Source: Oculina patagonica
Taxonomy: Eukaryota
Direction of reading: 5' to 3'
DNA length: 64,000 nucleotides
Assembly (NCBI RefSeq): GCF_052425735.1
Contig: NC_135760.1
Span: 26,598,001 to 26,662,000, forward strand
Part shown: positions 25,236-37,873 of the stretch, piece after piece
Layout: each line of letters opens with the position of its first letter
How positions within the stretch are numbered: position 1 is the stretch's first letter
Made by a program: the position numbers and the translations under genes
The notes under the pieces: generated by a model
Databases searched by the model: none
Told to the model about the DNA's origin: nothing
What the model saw: only the letters and a program-made list of their open reading frames with translations

Positions 25236-26769
25236 GTCAGCAGCCCTTCCCTCTGAATCATCTCCATTGCCACAACCCAAAGTCCGTGACAAAACGTTTA
25301 TCCTGCTTTGACGTCGGTAGAACAGCTAAATTTCATTTCCATCTACACATTAGACCGGACCTTTAGTGAAATATATAAAACGCTTGTTGCACAAAATTCA
25401 CCGATCAAAATAATCTGGTGCATGCCGAATCTCCAGCAGCTAGCGAGAAGTTGAATTCATCCATTCCGCGAGCCCTTTCAGAGCAAATTTATCGTCAATG
25501 CTTCCATCCCACATTCACCCGTGTCCCACACTAGGCGGCGAATTTCTGCGGTGCGATCAGACAAAGTAAAACACGGGACATTCGACGACAACACACAGTC
25601 CTTCCGTAACACCAGCCATTGCCAAACTTCGTGTTACGTCAATGACGCTTAAACGGTGTCCGATCGAGCTTTCCAACGATTTTCTTGGCGTCTGTTTCGG
25701 TTTGTAAACATGTTTGCCGCTAAAAAAAAGTTTATCTCAGGGGATTTAAGGTCGATCTTTCCCAACTTACCTACATTCTGATTCAAGGAGTAACAGCATC
25801 GCCGAATGACTAATTTCGCTGCCGAGTCTTGGTTTTCGCATCACTTATAGAAAATTTCCCGCTATCAAGTTTTGTTTCATATTTGTATCCGTTCTATTGT
25901 CTATTGATAAATACAGCCTGCACCTGTACAGGTAATTACTTAATTTGCATAAAAGCAATGCCCTTGGGGTTACTTTTCGCATCTTTGTACGTCAAGGACA
26001 GCTGACAAAAAGCTACTTATTTCTGTCAAAAACAAAGCTTTGTTTGATATGTTATTGGTATTGCACAAAAGCAGGTTTAAGTTGACGGTCCGTGCATCTC
26101 TTTAGCGACACTTAGAATATTTTCATCCTTTAGCGCCGACAGAAAGTGGAAACGGTTTGACAGTCCATACGGGTCGTACGTATATACGCTCCCTTAATTT
26201 TTCATTCCGTATATGAAAACTAAGGTGATGGTTCGTGCACCTCAGTAAGAACACTTAGACAAAAAAAAGAGAGTGTGTTAACAGGTTATCGGTCCATATA
26301 TACGGACGAGACAAATTTAGGTCCACAAATAAACTATCTTTGGCGTCAACTCGAAAGGGACCCCCGATGAAACGGTGTTGCCTTTCAATGATAAGAAAGG
26401 AAAACAAAATAGTCTTCGAACCTCTCTTTACGGTCGACGACTTTATAATAGGAACACCTCCCTATTACAGACAGATCACCCACCCCTGCATGATTTAAAG
26501 TTTATCAAACGCGGTACTTCTTTGGTTTATTCCAGATTTTCAAACCTACGCTTTGATTTTACATATATCTAAGTTTGCCGAGAGATCTATGTATGCAATA
26601 TAATGAGCGGCTTACTGGAACGTAAACGGAACACTTAAAGTTGACACGACTGTGCCAGCAATTATCACAGTGGACATAAAAAATATTGGTCATGATTAAT
26701 GGGCATATATTAATGAGGTGAACGCGTTCATTCTTGTTTGACGTGGCATCGTCCATTTATCTCGCACTG

Positions 26770-29700
26770 ATGGCTGTTCTTCGGTTGTGTCTTTTCACAC
26801 TTTTTGTAGTTTCCACAAAAAGCAGTTATATGTTTTCTAACATGCTTGTCCTCGACGCCAACGGAAACTACAATGTTTCGTGGAATTTTAACGCATCCTC
26901 AGATACCCTGGAGTTTTTGGTGGAAGTTAGAGGGACAGGTTGGGTTAGTTTTGGTGTCGCTAAGACCGCGCCGAATAACATGATGGGATATGATGTAGCT
27001 ATAGGAGGAGTGATGGGTGATGGAACAGGTTACCTTAAGGTAGGCTGATCAAAACACCCTAAAAGCCGAAGGAGACAGTTTACTGAGCTGTTTATTTGTT
27101 TGTGTGTTTTTCCACTTTACATTGCAGCTAATGATCTGTCATCAAGTCAAGGCGTCTAATTTATTCAGTTCACATCAGTATTTCCACTTGGAAAAAATAT
27201 TTTAGGCCTCCGAGGACCGTTTCAGAACTTTATCAGTTTGGTAACGAAGTGCATTAATTAAAAATTACAAATTACAAACAAGCATGTCTCTTCAATCCAT
27301 AGCCACCTTTATTTAAGCATTTAACGCTCAACAATGCTAACATGAAGTTCTTTTGTAATTTCTTCTTCACCCTCATACTTTTAATCCAGCCTTTTCAGTA
27401 AGATCGTCTGTCTGATCAACACTTTCGCCAGTCCATGGCTGTTCCAAGAACGCAGCATCGGAGATTTTAATGTTAAAAAAAGCTGCTCACTGGCATTTTC
27501 CATTTTATTGTTAAATTCATCGATCTTACTGACTCGGGCTCACTAAATGTGTCATCATCGTTTTTCCAGCCTTTGAAAAAGAAGAGGGTTTTAAAACAGA
27601 AATGGCCTATTCTTTGCGTGAGAAGTGCCTTGATAATTAAAATCCTTACCTCGTAACGTACAACACCAAATTAAACAAAAAAGACGTTAACGTCGTAAAA
27701 GAAACCTTAAAAATGTATTTGCCGTTTTTAACTGTGTAGGTTTTTGGGGAAGAAATGAATTTTGTTATGTTTTTCTAGTACATAAATACAAATTTTTTCG
27801 CAGTTAGTTTGTTTGCCTGTAATCGTGATATTGTAACACGGAACTTTGACCACTGGTCCACGGAACACCTATATCTTAACCACATCCATTAGGGGCACGA
27901 TCGCGGAAGTTAAAGGTGAAGTGTTTGTTCATTCACCGAAAAAAGAGTAAAAAAATAATCGCGATACCTTGATTCGGTGTGGATTTAGGAAGTCCGTGCT
28001 ACAGTGATCAGTTTTCCGTTTTAGGATGTCACGACTTCAAGTGATAGTTATGAGAAAAGTGTTTTCTAATGTAGAGTTCTGACAAGATTTAAAACACAAA
28101 GTGCCATGGGGTTTTAGGGAGGTGGTTATAACAAGTGTACTCGACGAGGAGTAGGGGTAGGGGGGGGGGGGTTATGCAAGATACCACCTGTCTGATGAGC
28201 CAAATGGACAAAATTTATTAGTTTCAAAATTTGAGTTAAGACTTTCATATTAGGTGTTCATGAAGCTTGCATTGCTGGAGAAATGGCACAAGGATGTTTG
28301 AATCTTTTTCTTAGTTTCTACTCCTGATAGAGTGGGGGCTATATAAACAGGACACCATCTTTTAAGGTGGGGAAGGGGGGTACATTAAGAGCCGGACCAT
28401 CTGTCTTTTTGCAGAGTGGTGGGTCCTGTCTGAGTAAAACAGTTTTGACCATTTCCCTTATAAATAAATAATTTGTTACAACAGGACTACCTGACCATTG
28501 GCAAACCTAGAGTACCTATCCAATTTGTTGTCGAAATAGAGAAAAGGTCCATTTTATCTGATTTGCCAGAACTGGATCATCAGCAAGACTGGATGCTGTC
28601 TGATTCCAGCGAAGAAAATGGTACAACAACTTTAAGGTTTTATCGCAAGCTAAATACCGCTGATCAACAAAGCGATGTTGTTATACAGGTAAGATTCGTT
28701 AAATTGCTAAATGTGTAATTTTTTTTGCCTTTATTATTCTTGTTTTTTTTTTTTGTTGTTGTTGTTTCCAAACGCAAGAGTTAATTTGTAATGAGCGTAA
28801 AGCAGTTGCATGCGCTTAAGGTTGGTTCTCATATGATCAGCCCGATCGTTTCTATCGCATCGATCGTTTGCAAATACTGGGACGATCGTAGGCGATCGAG
28901 GCGATTGGAAGCGATCGAGGGTACTCATATGATTGTCCCTGGTATGAGCAAAGACCTACGAAAAACAATCCATTTAGCCTTAGATCCAACACAATGGCAG
29001 CCTTCAATGGTGGAGTACAACTCGTGGCCTCCTATCTTCTCAGTTATTGCAGTTTTACGGCGAAGAAGGGAAAGAGAAGCTAGAGCGATAAAACAAGGGC
29101 AATCCAAGCGATTGTGATAACCCCAATCGCCGCAGACGTTATCGATCGATCATCTGTATAATGTTCTTATATTAATTGCCCTGATCGCAAGAAATTTTTT
29201 TGAAGAGACAAAGGCGATTTGACGATCGGGGCGATTATATGAGAACCAGCCTTTACATATCCACGTGCACCATACACACCATGATGCTATCAAAAGAAAA
29301 CTTCAAACAGCCGTTTTAAATTATCGTAAAAAAACTTGTTACTTATGTCGTTAGAGTATAACGAAAGTAGAACTCTCACTCTTCTGCAGAGGTTCTATGA
29401 GGCGTTAGTTGTGGGAATCCGCGGGGCAAGGTGAGTGCAGGAACTAAAGAAGAAAGATCCACTCCGTTTTCTTGCGCCTCCATTAACTTTGCTCAGCGGT
29501 TTCTTCCCACACCGAAAACTCCTATGATGTGCCTCTGTGAAGGAGAGTTAGTAAAACCTGTTTTGTACTTCATATAGTTATGTTTAGAGAATTCAGCCAT
29601 GCATGCACTATACCTGTATGCACCTAAATGTTTTATACGCAACATCACTTCCAAATACAAACATAAACTCAAATATTTAGAAACGCAAAATCCCTTCTAA

Positions 29701-31845
29701 TAATAAGCCCTCCCAAAAAATCAAAATAAAAAAATTACTGTATTTAGAGAGAAAGCCACATCGATCATCCGCCCTAGCTGATGTTCATGCGGCTCCTCTA
29801 TTCAGGTCGAATTGGACTTTAGAAAAGGTTGCTTTTTTACGGGAAGAGAAAAACTGGAGAACTAGGAGTATTTTTATTTCGTGGCGCATCTGAAAACTAG
29901 CTTTTTAGCTAAGTGTGCGGACCACGTTAAGTAAAGATTGATTGATTGATTAAGAAAATCCTTGAAGCGAGGCAAGAACTAACAACAAACTCAACCCACT
30001 TATGGGACCGGACCGGGTGACGAGCGCTCTTACCGTTGCGCCATCCCCACTCCCTAAGAATATAAAACCCTAATACAAGCCTAGGATTTATCACAGTGTG
30101 TCCTATAAATTCCCAGCTTTTCCAGCCCTGTTATCCTCTGGGCATTTATAGTAGTTGTTTATGCTTGCAGCAAGGAATGTCCATTTTTGTTCTATGGGCA
30201 TATCATTCCACGACTGACTTCCAGTTTCCAGAGTGTCCACAGCACACTGCAAGAGGCTTTCAGAAAGTAACATTTATACCTGACATTGTACCGACAAACA
30301 CTACACTAGCGCCGACAGAAGGTCAGTTAAGGGCCTGTTTACATTATTTCGGAATGACTTTCATTCCGGAACGAGTTCATTCCATCCCCATATATTTCTC
30401 TACATCTGTTTACATGATACCGAGATGTAAGTCAAGTCATTCCAGAATAAGTTCATTACGGTTTTCATTTGGGAATGAAATTTTCGTTCTGGAACGACAT
30501 TTTATTCTGGTATCATGTAAACACAAAACGAATTTGGTTGGTTGGTTGGTTGGTTGAAACCACTTTTAATGAGACTGCGTACGGAGGCCACAGTTTGATT
30601 TCAGAGCGAAAAAATGTAATAGCATTTCCTGTTTAACCCAAAAAACAGCCCTATGGTCAAATTGCTCGTAAAAGTTGCAAACGTGAACATTAATGGGCAC
30701 AATAACATGTTTGCGCGAAACCTGCGCCATCTTTGTTTTTGATCTCGCGCGAAAGCCACGCACGTGAAAACACCTTAGGTTGAGGCTCTTAGAGGCAATC
30801 ATCATATCTTAGCTTGTTATGTTGCGGTATATAGCCAGTCTAACCTCTAATACCTTTCAGCGGACGCTCAGTCGTGTTCTATTTGAAATCCGCAAATCTG
30901 ATTGGTCATTCCATTGTAGTCTCATCGCTAAAAGAACACGATCCTGAGAGCGTTGTTTTTGAAAGGAAGAATTGTTCTTGACTTTGGCTTGAAAATACAC
31001 AAAATTGTAGATTTTTGTTAACAATCCTTTAGAATGTCCGCCATAGAGCGTTTTTACTCACGTGACCAGCGGCCATATTGGTCAACTTAAATAAAAGATT
31101 ATTTTTGCATAAAAAAGAGTTTAATTCCAGGAGGAATGGCTTGGTTCACCACCACCACCACTCCTTTTTTTCGGATCACCAATATGGCTGCCGCGACGTC
31201 ATATAACAATCACTCTATAATAATTAGACCACTCGCCGTCACTTTCTGACCTTCTCACCAGACACAACACGTGTTTCAAAATTATATTTGACATACGCGC
31301 TTCCTGGATGTATGTTCAGTTGTAGCGTGGTTAAGGTTTAATTTTTAACGCTTTAAGTTGAATATCACGTTTTGAATAACACGTTGGTTGGCTGCATGGT
31401 TTGTTGGTTGTTTGATTGCTTGTTTGGTTGGTTGGTTTGTTTCGCTGGTTGGTTGGTTTGTTTGGTTGGTTGGTTTGTTGGTTGTTTGTTTGGATGGTTG
31501 GTTAGTTGAATTGGTAGCATTGGTTGGTTGGTTGATTTTATTTTTACACAGCAATGAATCAAATAGATTTAGTTTAACTTGGTACATTTTACATATTTGC
31601 AGGTAGTGCATTTTATTCCAAAGTAGCTACCTCAGTGGTTATGTCTAACAGTGCCTCTCAACAAGAATCAGTCGCACCCACCAATACATCTACATCACCA
31701 ACGACTACAGCAACCTCAACACCAAGTGAGTTTAATTCAATCACATTGCTTCGGTGTGCTGTGTCTTAGAAGTCCAATATCATCTGAAAGAAACTATGTC
31801 ACGACATTTTAAGTCATTTTTCTGATACACAAAGTTCCCTATCTC

Positions 31846-31894
<49 letters not shown>

Positions 31895-34800
31895 TACTTA
31901 ATTGACCACTCCCCCAATGGGGTTTTTCAGGGCCAATGTGAAACAAATATTGTAAATGAACATAACGTGGTTAAAAATCCCAACTGGCAGGAGGCAGACC
32001 GGTTGGCAATTTACAAACGCAGCCGAGGACTACCGAGAACAACACCAGCTAGTGGTCAGAACGGGACTTGAACCCACGACAGTAATGCATTGAAACGAAC
32101 CAACAAATTTATAGCTTCACCAAAGAAAGGCTGGAGTCACGTTTATCACAGCACAAGCGTTTATTGAAGATGAAGTGTTCAACATGACTCGAGCATGGGA
32201 CAAAGAAAAATTCTGAGTCCCCGACGGGAATCGAACCCATGGCCTCCCAGATACCGGTTGGGCGCTCTAACCAACTGAGCTACGGGAGACTCGTTGTGAG
32301 CTGGGCCATATTACTAGGTTGATAAGTGACACGCGTCCTGCATACTGCTAGGATCAGCAATGTCGAATTCATCAAGTTTGTAGTAAATAATAAAGATGGT
32401 AAATTTTAAGCTCGGTAATAAATAATGAAGATGAAGTGTTCAACATGACTCGAGCATGGGACAAAGAAAAATTCTGGGTCCCCGACGGGAATCGAACCCA
32501 TGGCCTCCCAGATACCGGTTGGGCGCTCTAACCAACTTATAGTGACGAACATTACGATTGACGTCATCAAACGGCCGGGCTTTTCCGAGCTCCCCCTCGT
32601 CTAAATCCTATCTTAACCTGAATAGTTTAACAAATCATTTGTAATCAAAGGTCTCTATGAGACTACGACTATTTTGCTATGGTCTATCTGTTGGCTGTCA
32701 ATTGTGGTATGGAGTAGTGTTTTGCTAAAGGGTGAAAGACGCTTTTCATGTCGTTTAGGAGTGGAAGTCTTGAAAATAACTTAGCTTACCTGAATACTTT
32801 ACACTTCCACATCACGTTCTAAATTAAAACTGAAACCTAGAAGTCAACAACGCGCTGTTTACAAAACTCAACCGCAAATTAAGGAGCCAAAGAAAACCCA
32901 ATCGAAAACACATTGAATATACTGTAGTACTCGTGTCGCGTATACGCTTATTCCGGCCTACTAAAGCAAACAAACAGTTCAGCGGTTCAATACATTCTTC
33001 ATATATACCCACACCCCCGGCCCACACCGAAAAGAAATCCCTAGAATTGAGAACGCGAAAAAATGATTATTTACTCGTGTTTAGCGAGACTAACGCAATC
33101 GATTGTCGCGAATGTGAAAGACTTGTAAAAGTACAAATTTGCGTTCTTAATCGTTTTAGGTTAAATATTAGCGCTCCTTTAGTGTGTTAGACGCTTGTAC
33201 CAGTCCAAACTTGCGTTCTTACGTTCTTGGTTACATATTAGCGTCGCTTTAGTCTGTGAAAGACTTATACATTGCCTTCAAGTGTTGGCTGACGCTTTGT
33301 TCACCCACACCGAAAAGAACTCCCTTGAATTGAGAACGCGAATGATTATTTACTCGTGTTTAGCGTGACTAACGCAATCGATTGTCGCGAAAACAAATCC
33401 TTTAGGTTAAATATTAGCGCGACTTATACGTTGCCTTCAAGTGTTGACTGACGCATTGTTCACCCACACCGAAAAGAAATCCCTTGAATTGAGAACGCGA
33501 ATGATTATTTACTCGTGTTTAGCGTGACTAACGCAATCGATTGTCGCGAAAACAAATCCTTTAGGTTAAATATTAGCGCGACTTATACGTTGCCTTCAAG
33601 TGTTGACTGACGCATTGTTCACCCACACCGAAAAGAAATCCCTTGAATTGAGAACGCGAATAAATGATTATTCACTCGTGTTAAGCGTGACTAACGCAAT
33701 CGATTGTCGCGAAAATATCTGATTTGAGATACTCACGCATAAAAATAATTGTTATATAACGTTTATACATGTGACAAGTCACGTTTTTAACACGAGATAG
33801 CAAGTGTTGACGCAATACTAATGAGATACCCTTTCATCACCCACAGCGGCTAATAGAGTTCAAGTCTAATTTCCGGTCCAAAAATATCGCACGTAGACAA
33901 AAACAATTGTTATCATGGCGGGTGTTGAGCGCAGGTTGAGCGGAATGAAGTAGAAAGCGAGTTCTTCTAGGTTTTAGAAAATCTCTCAAGAGTTTTGTTC
34001 ACAAAACATTTAAAGACGAACAAAGGGAGTGTATTCGACGAATAGTTTGTGAAAGAAAAGATGATTTGGCGGTGCTTCCGATGGGATTCGGTAAGAGCGT
34101 GATCTATCACCAGTGGTGTCGAAGAGTATTACATCACACCACCAAAGACGCCAGACGATCGTGCCAGTGACGAAAACTACGACCTTTAAATGACTGACCT
34201 GAGCCTTACACAAAATCAGCCTTTGCAGAAATCAAATTTTAAAAACCATCCGATCAGCTCGTAATGTGAGTCTTATGCGTATTTTTCTCGTCTTTTGCCC
34301 GATAAAATGTGCGAAACATTCATTTTTCCGTGCTACGGCGGAATTTTAAAATAAATAAATATTATCGCTGAAAAGGGTTTCTTGAAAGTTGGGACAAGCA
34401 TGTTGCCTCATCCTCGGTGTAAGAAGAACGCGAATAAATGATTATTTACTCGTGTTTAGCGAGACTAACGCAATCGATTGTCGCGAATGTGAAAGACTTG
34501 TAAAAGTACAAATTTGCATTCTTAATCGTTTTAGGTTAAATATTAGCGCTCCTTTAGTGTGTTAGACGCTTGTACCAGTCCAAACTTGCGTTCTTACGTT
34601 CTTGGTTACATATTAGCGTCGCTTTAGTCTGTGAAAGACTTATACATTGCCTTCAAGTGTTGGCTGACGCTTTGTTCACCCACACCGAAAAGAACTCCCT
34701 TGAATTGAGAACGCGAATGATTATTTACTCGTGTTTAGCGTGACTAACGCAATCGATTGTCGTGAAAACAAATCCTTTAGGTTAAATATTAGCGCGACTT

Positions 34801-37800
34801 ATACGTTGCCTTAAGTGTTGACTGACGCATTGTTCACCCACACCGAAAAGAAATCCCTTGAATTGAGAACGCGAATAAATGATTATTCACTCGTGTTAAG
34901 CGTGACTAACGCAATCGATTGTTGCGAAAACAAATCCTTAGTTGTGTCATATCGGATTTGAGATACTCACGCATAAAAATAATTGTTATATAACGTTTAT
35001 ACATGTGACAAGTCACGTTTTTAACACGAGATAGCAAGTGTTGACGCAATACTAATGAGATACCCTTTCATCACCCACAGCGGCTAATGGAGTTCAAGTC
35101 TAATTTCCGGTCCAAAAATATCGCACGTAGACAAAAACAATTGTTATCATGGCGGGTGTTGAGCGCAGATTGAGCGGAATGAAGTAGAAAGCGAGTTATT
35201 CTAGGTTTTAGAAAATCTCTCAAGAGTTTTGTTCACAAAACATTTAAAGACGAACAAAGGGAGTGTATTCGACGAATAGTTTGTGAAAGAAAAGATAATT
35301 TCCGTTCTTAATCATTTTAGGTTAAATATTAGCGCCCGGCTTCAGTGAGTGAGACGCTTGTACTAGTACAACGCTTTAGACTGTGAAACACTGAACCACT
35401 CACATTCTCGATTAGTTGTGTCATATCTCATTTGAGATACTCACGCATAAAAATAACTGTTATATAACGTTTATACATGTGACAAGTCACGTTTTTAACA
35501 CGAGATCGCAATTTTTGACGCAATACTAATGAGAGACCCTTTCATCACCTACAGCGGAATATGTGACAAGTCACGTCTTTAACACGAGTGACGCAATAAT
35601 AATAAGAGACCCTTTCATCGCCCACTAAGCGGAAAGAACTCCCTTGAGAAATTAAAACAGTCCCTTGAGAAATTAAAAAAGTCCCTTGAGAGTAGACAAG
35701 AATGTTCCAAATTTTGCCCACATCACTCCTAATCTCCTACTTCTGCTTGTAAACAAGCCAAATAGTCGAAAAAATGATGGAAGTAGGCCATCTTAAGATT
35801 TTGGGCATTTTTACTTAACAGCGTTGTCACCTTCCTTGCTGCTTTCAAAGTATCATGACATGATTTTTTTTTTCTTTTTCTTTCAAAGCAACGACGCAGT
35901 TTACTCATTCTTTTGACAACAATCGATTTCGATTCCTGTGGAAATTTGACGATCAAAACGACAAGATATTTTATCACCTGAGAGTTAAAACGACTGGCTG
36001 GGTTGGATTTGGTTTCGCGACAAATGCACCGAACAACATGCAGAACTACGACGTCATTGTTGGCGGATTTAAGGATGGCCAAGGATATTTGAATGTAAGT
36101 TGGTTCTTTTATGAAGATCCTTCACGATCGAGAAAAGGGAAAGGAGGTCAGGTACTTAAATGCTTAGGTTATACCAGTGAGAACTTCCTGGACAAGACCT
36201 AGTTATAACTCTTCGTCCTACTTAAGTATTGTCATTCCACCCATTGTGGCAATTCTATTGAAAACGGTATAGTCCTGCGGATTGGTGACGTGAGCAAGTC
36301 TGAAATGGGTCATCATCATCATAATCATCATCATCATCATTATTAATCTTTATTCTAATTCGAAGGCTTACTCACAGTATAATTATGGTCTTCTAAGAGT
36401 CGTATATTTACATTAATAACACTAATTAACTACATCATTTGTAAAATTACTAATAATTGCGAATAATAAAATGTTATGATATTATAATAGCCTGTCGTCC
36501 GGTTCAGCAAGCGTCAGCTATTTATTTAGCTTGCCCAACTTTTCAACCAAATCCAAACCAATGCTACAGTTAATGAATTATTATTGACTGAGTTATATGG
36601 GATCGGAAGTTAAAATATTAATATTTTTCTCTCGTTCGCGGTGGGCGTCCCTCGCTCCGCTCGGCTTGCTTATCTGGTTCAAATGACGTTTACAAATAAG
36701 CGAACAAAATTGTAGTAGTAAGCGTAGAATGTGTATAGGGGAAAGGGGGAAGTTGAGGGTATCAGCCCCCTCCTCATTTTCTACCGATACAATTTCTCTC
36801 CCTCCCCACCCCCTTATACCCCATGACAGGATCGGACGCAAATGCTCTAACTAAAATTCAAAGAAGAGGCTGGGCTCCTGTTGGGAATGAGAATTGCATA
36901 ACACTACGTGAAATGAGCAATGGAAATTTCAGTTAGCGGCAACTTACAATTTTAATTGTGGGGGTGCCTTTTATTATATATTTCTTAGTCACAAAGTACT
37001 TATAGCTTATTTTATCAGGACTATCATACTCAAGGACGTTTCCAGCCACAACCTGATGCTAATCAGGATTACAAACTGCTGTCTGCATCAGAACCAGGTG
37101 GATACACAGAGCTGATGTTTGAGAGAAAACGTGATACCGGAGATATCAACGACATACACTTTGAGGTAAGTGTATATCAAGTGCAACGTACGGAAACTCA
37201 TGTCTTGTTCTTGACAGAAGAAAACTAACAAGGCGATTGCTTACAACGTCTTCACTGATTTGGGAACACGAAAAACGTAAACGACAATAAATATAATATT
37301 GTGAAACTTGCTAAGAATTACATTAAGTGGAAGAGATTGGGTAATTTTCTAGGTTAAAAAAGGAAATAGCAGGTCTCAAGTATTTGTACAATTTTAATCT
37401 GTTATGTGAATTTGTGGCAGCCGATATATTCTTAGTTTTAGGTCATAGGTCTATATTTACTCCCAAAATTGGCTGAATAGCTAATACCGACCACTCGTTT
37501 CAAGTTCTTATCTTTGACCCAAACCTTTCCATAATGCAATCAAAGAGGGAGTAGAGCAGAGACTGAAGTGCCAACCTGATAAACATTCACCTATTTTGTT
37601 AATTTTTTTAAAAAATACTAATAATTATCTCGTTTTTGATCATAGACTGACAGACAAGTGCACATAATTTGGGCCTATGCCGACAAAGATATCAGAACCG
37701 TCGCGGACTTTGCTCAACATTCTAACCAGGGGTGGAGTGATGAGACATTTGTCATGGTTCCGGAAGCTCCTTTCCCCACACAGGCAAAGGCTGCAAAGGC

Positions 37801-37873
37801 ATCCTCACTGCATTTAACCATTTATGGAACTGTTATCATCACGATAGTTTTCTTAGCTGTTTTGTGTATGTAA
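26770..37873 (+). CDS. Two-DOMON-domain protein with signal peptide, Ser/Thr-rich linker and GPI/TM tail (442 aa)
   Basis: Exons 26770-27039 (MAVLRLCLFTLFVVSTKS signal peptide + GWVSFGV..NNMMGYDV), 28485-28688, 30171-30321, 31603-31725, 35889-36094, 37019-37165, 37646-37873; all GT-AG and frame-consistent. Confidence 0.88.
28819..29252. mobile_element. PIF/Harbinger-type MITE
   Basis: TIR aggttggttctcatat / atatgagaaccagcct with TTA duplicated on both sides. Confidence 0.75.
29760..30056 (-). mobile_element. Degenerate tRNA-derived SINE fragment
   Basis: aacaacaaactcaacccac..gagcgctcttaccgttgcgccatccc resembles the reverse complement of a pol III A-box SINE head. Confidence 0.45.
31383..31535. 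repeat. Degenerate (GGTT/GTTT)n microsatellite
   Basis: Directly visible; explains the spurious QPTN-rich ORFs. Confidence 0.95.
31848..32080 (-). mobile_element. 5'-truncated SINE with (AAT)n tail
   Basis: (AAT) x about 15 at 31848-31893, followed by a SINE-like body ending in the B-box complement ggacttgaacc. Confidence 0.55.
32167..32536 (-). repeat. tRNA-derived 260-bp tandem repeat (about 1.4 copies) with a tRNA-Thr(GGT)-like fold at 32215-32292
   Basis: Minus strand: tagctcagttggttagagc (A box), ggttcgattcc (B box), anticodon loop ccGGTat, bulged acceptor stem, downstream TTTTT. 32167-32276 recurs at 32427-32536. Confidence 0.75.
33020..35690 (+). repeat. Complex intronic tandem array (159-bp units, a duplicated ~1 kb block, 21-bp repeats)
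   Basis: cacccacaccgaaaagaa recurs at 33302, 33461, 33620, about 34677 and about 34835; 33060-34065 recurs, rearranged, at about 34435-35297; cccttgagaaattaaaa repeats at 35641-35690. Confidence 0.9.
34003..34113 (+). pseudogene. Relic of a RecQ-like SF2 helicase N-terminus (possibly from an AcademH-type transposon)
   Basis: Translates KTFKDEQRECIRRIVCERKDDLAVLPMGFGKSVIYHQ, matching the RecQ Q-motif and Walker A (LPTGxGKS). Stop codon upstream in frame; truncated second copy at about 35237-35297. Confidence 0.65.

Noticed and set aside
28185-28220. ctgatgagccaaatggacaaaa, hammerhead-like
   Set aside because: Has CUGAUGA and a short stem but lacks GAAA and a closing NUH helix; at best a dead relic.
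31345-31611. Gln/Pro/Thr/Asn-rich and hydrophobic ORFs
   Set aside because: Translations of the (GGTT)n microsatellite.
32215-32292. Functional tRNA-Thr gene
   Set aside because: Irregular acceptor stem, anticodon-stem mismatch, GGT anticodon, and part of a tandem repeat.
33300-33720. Regularly spaced repeats resembling a CRISPR array
   Set aside because: Whole 159-bp units are repeated with no unique spacers, no cas genes, eukaryotic context.
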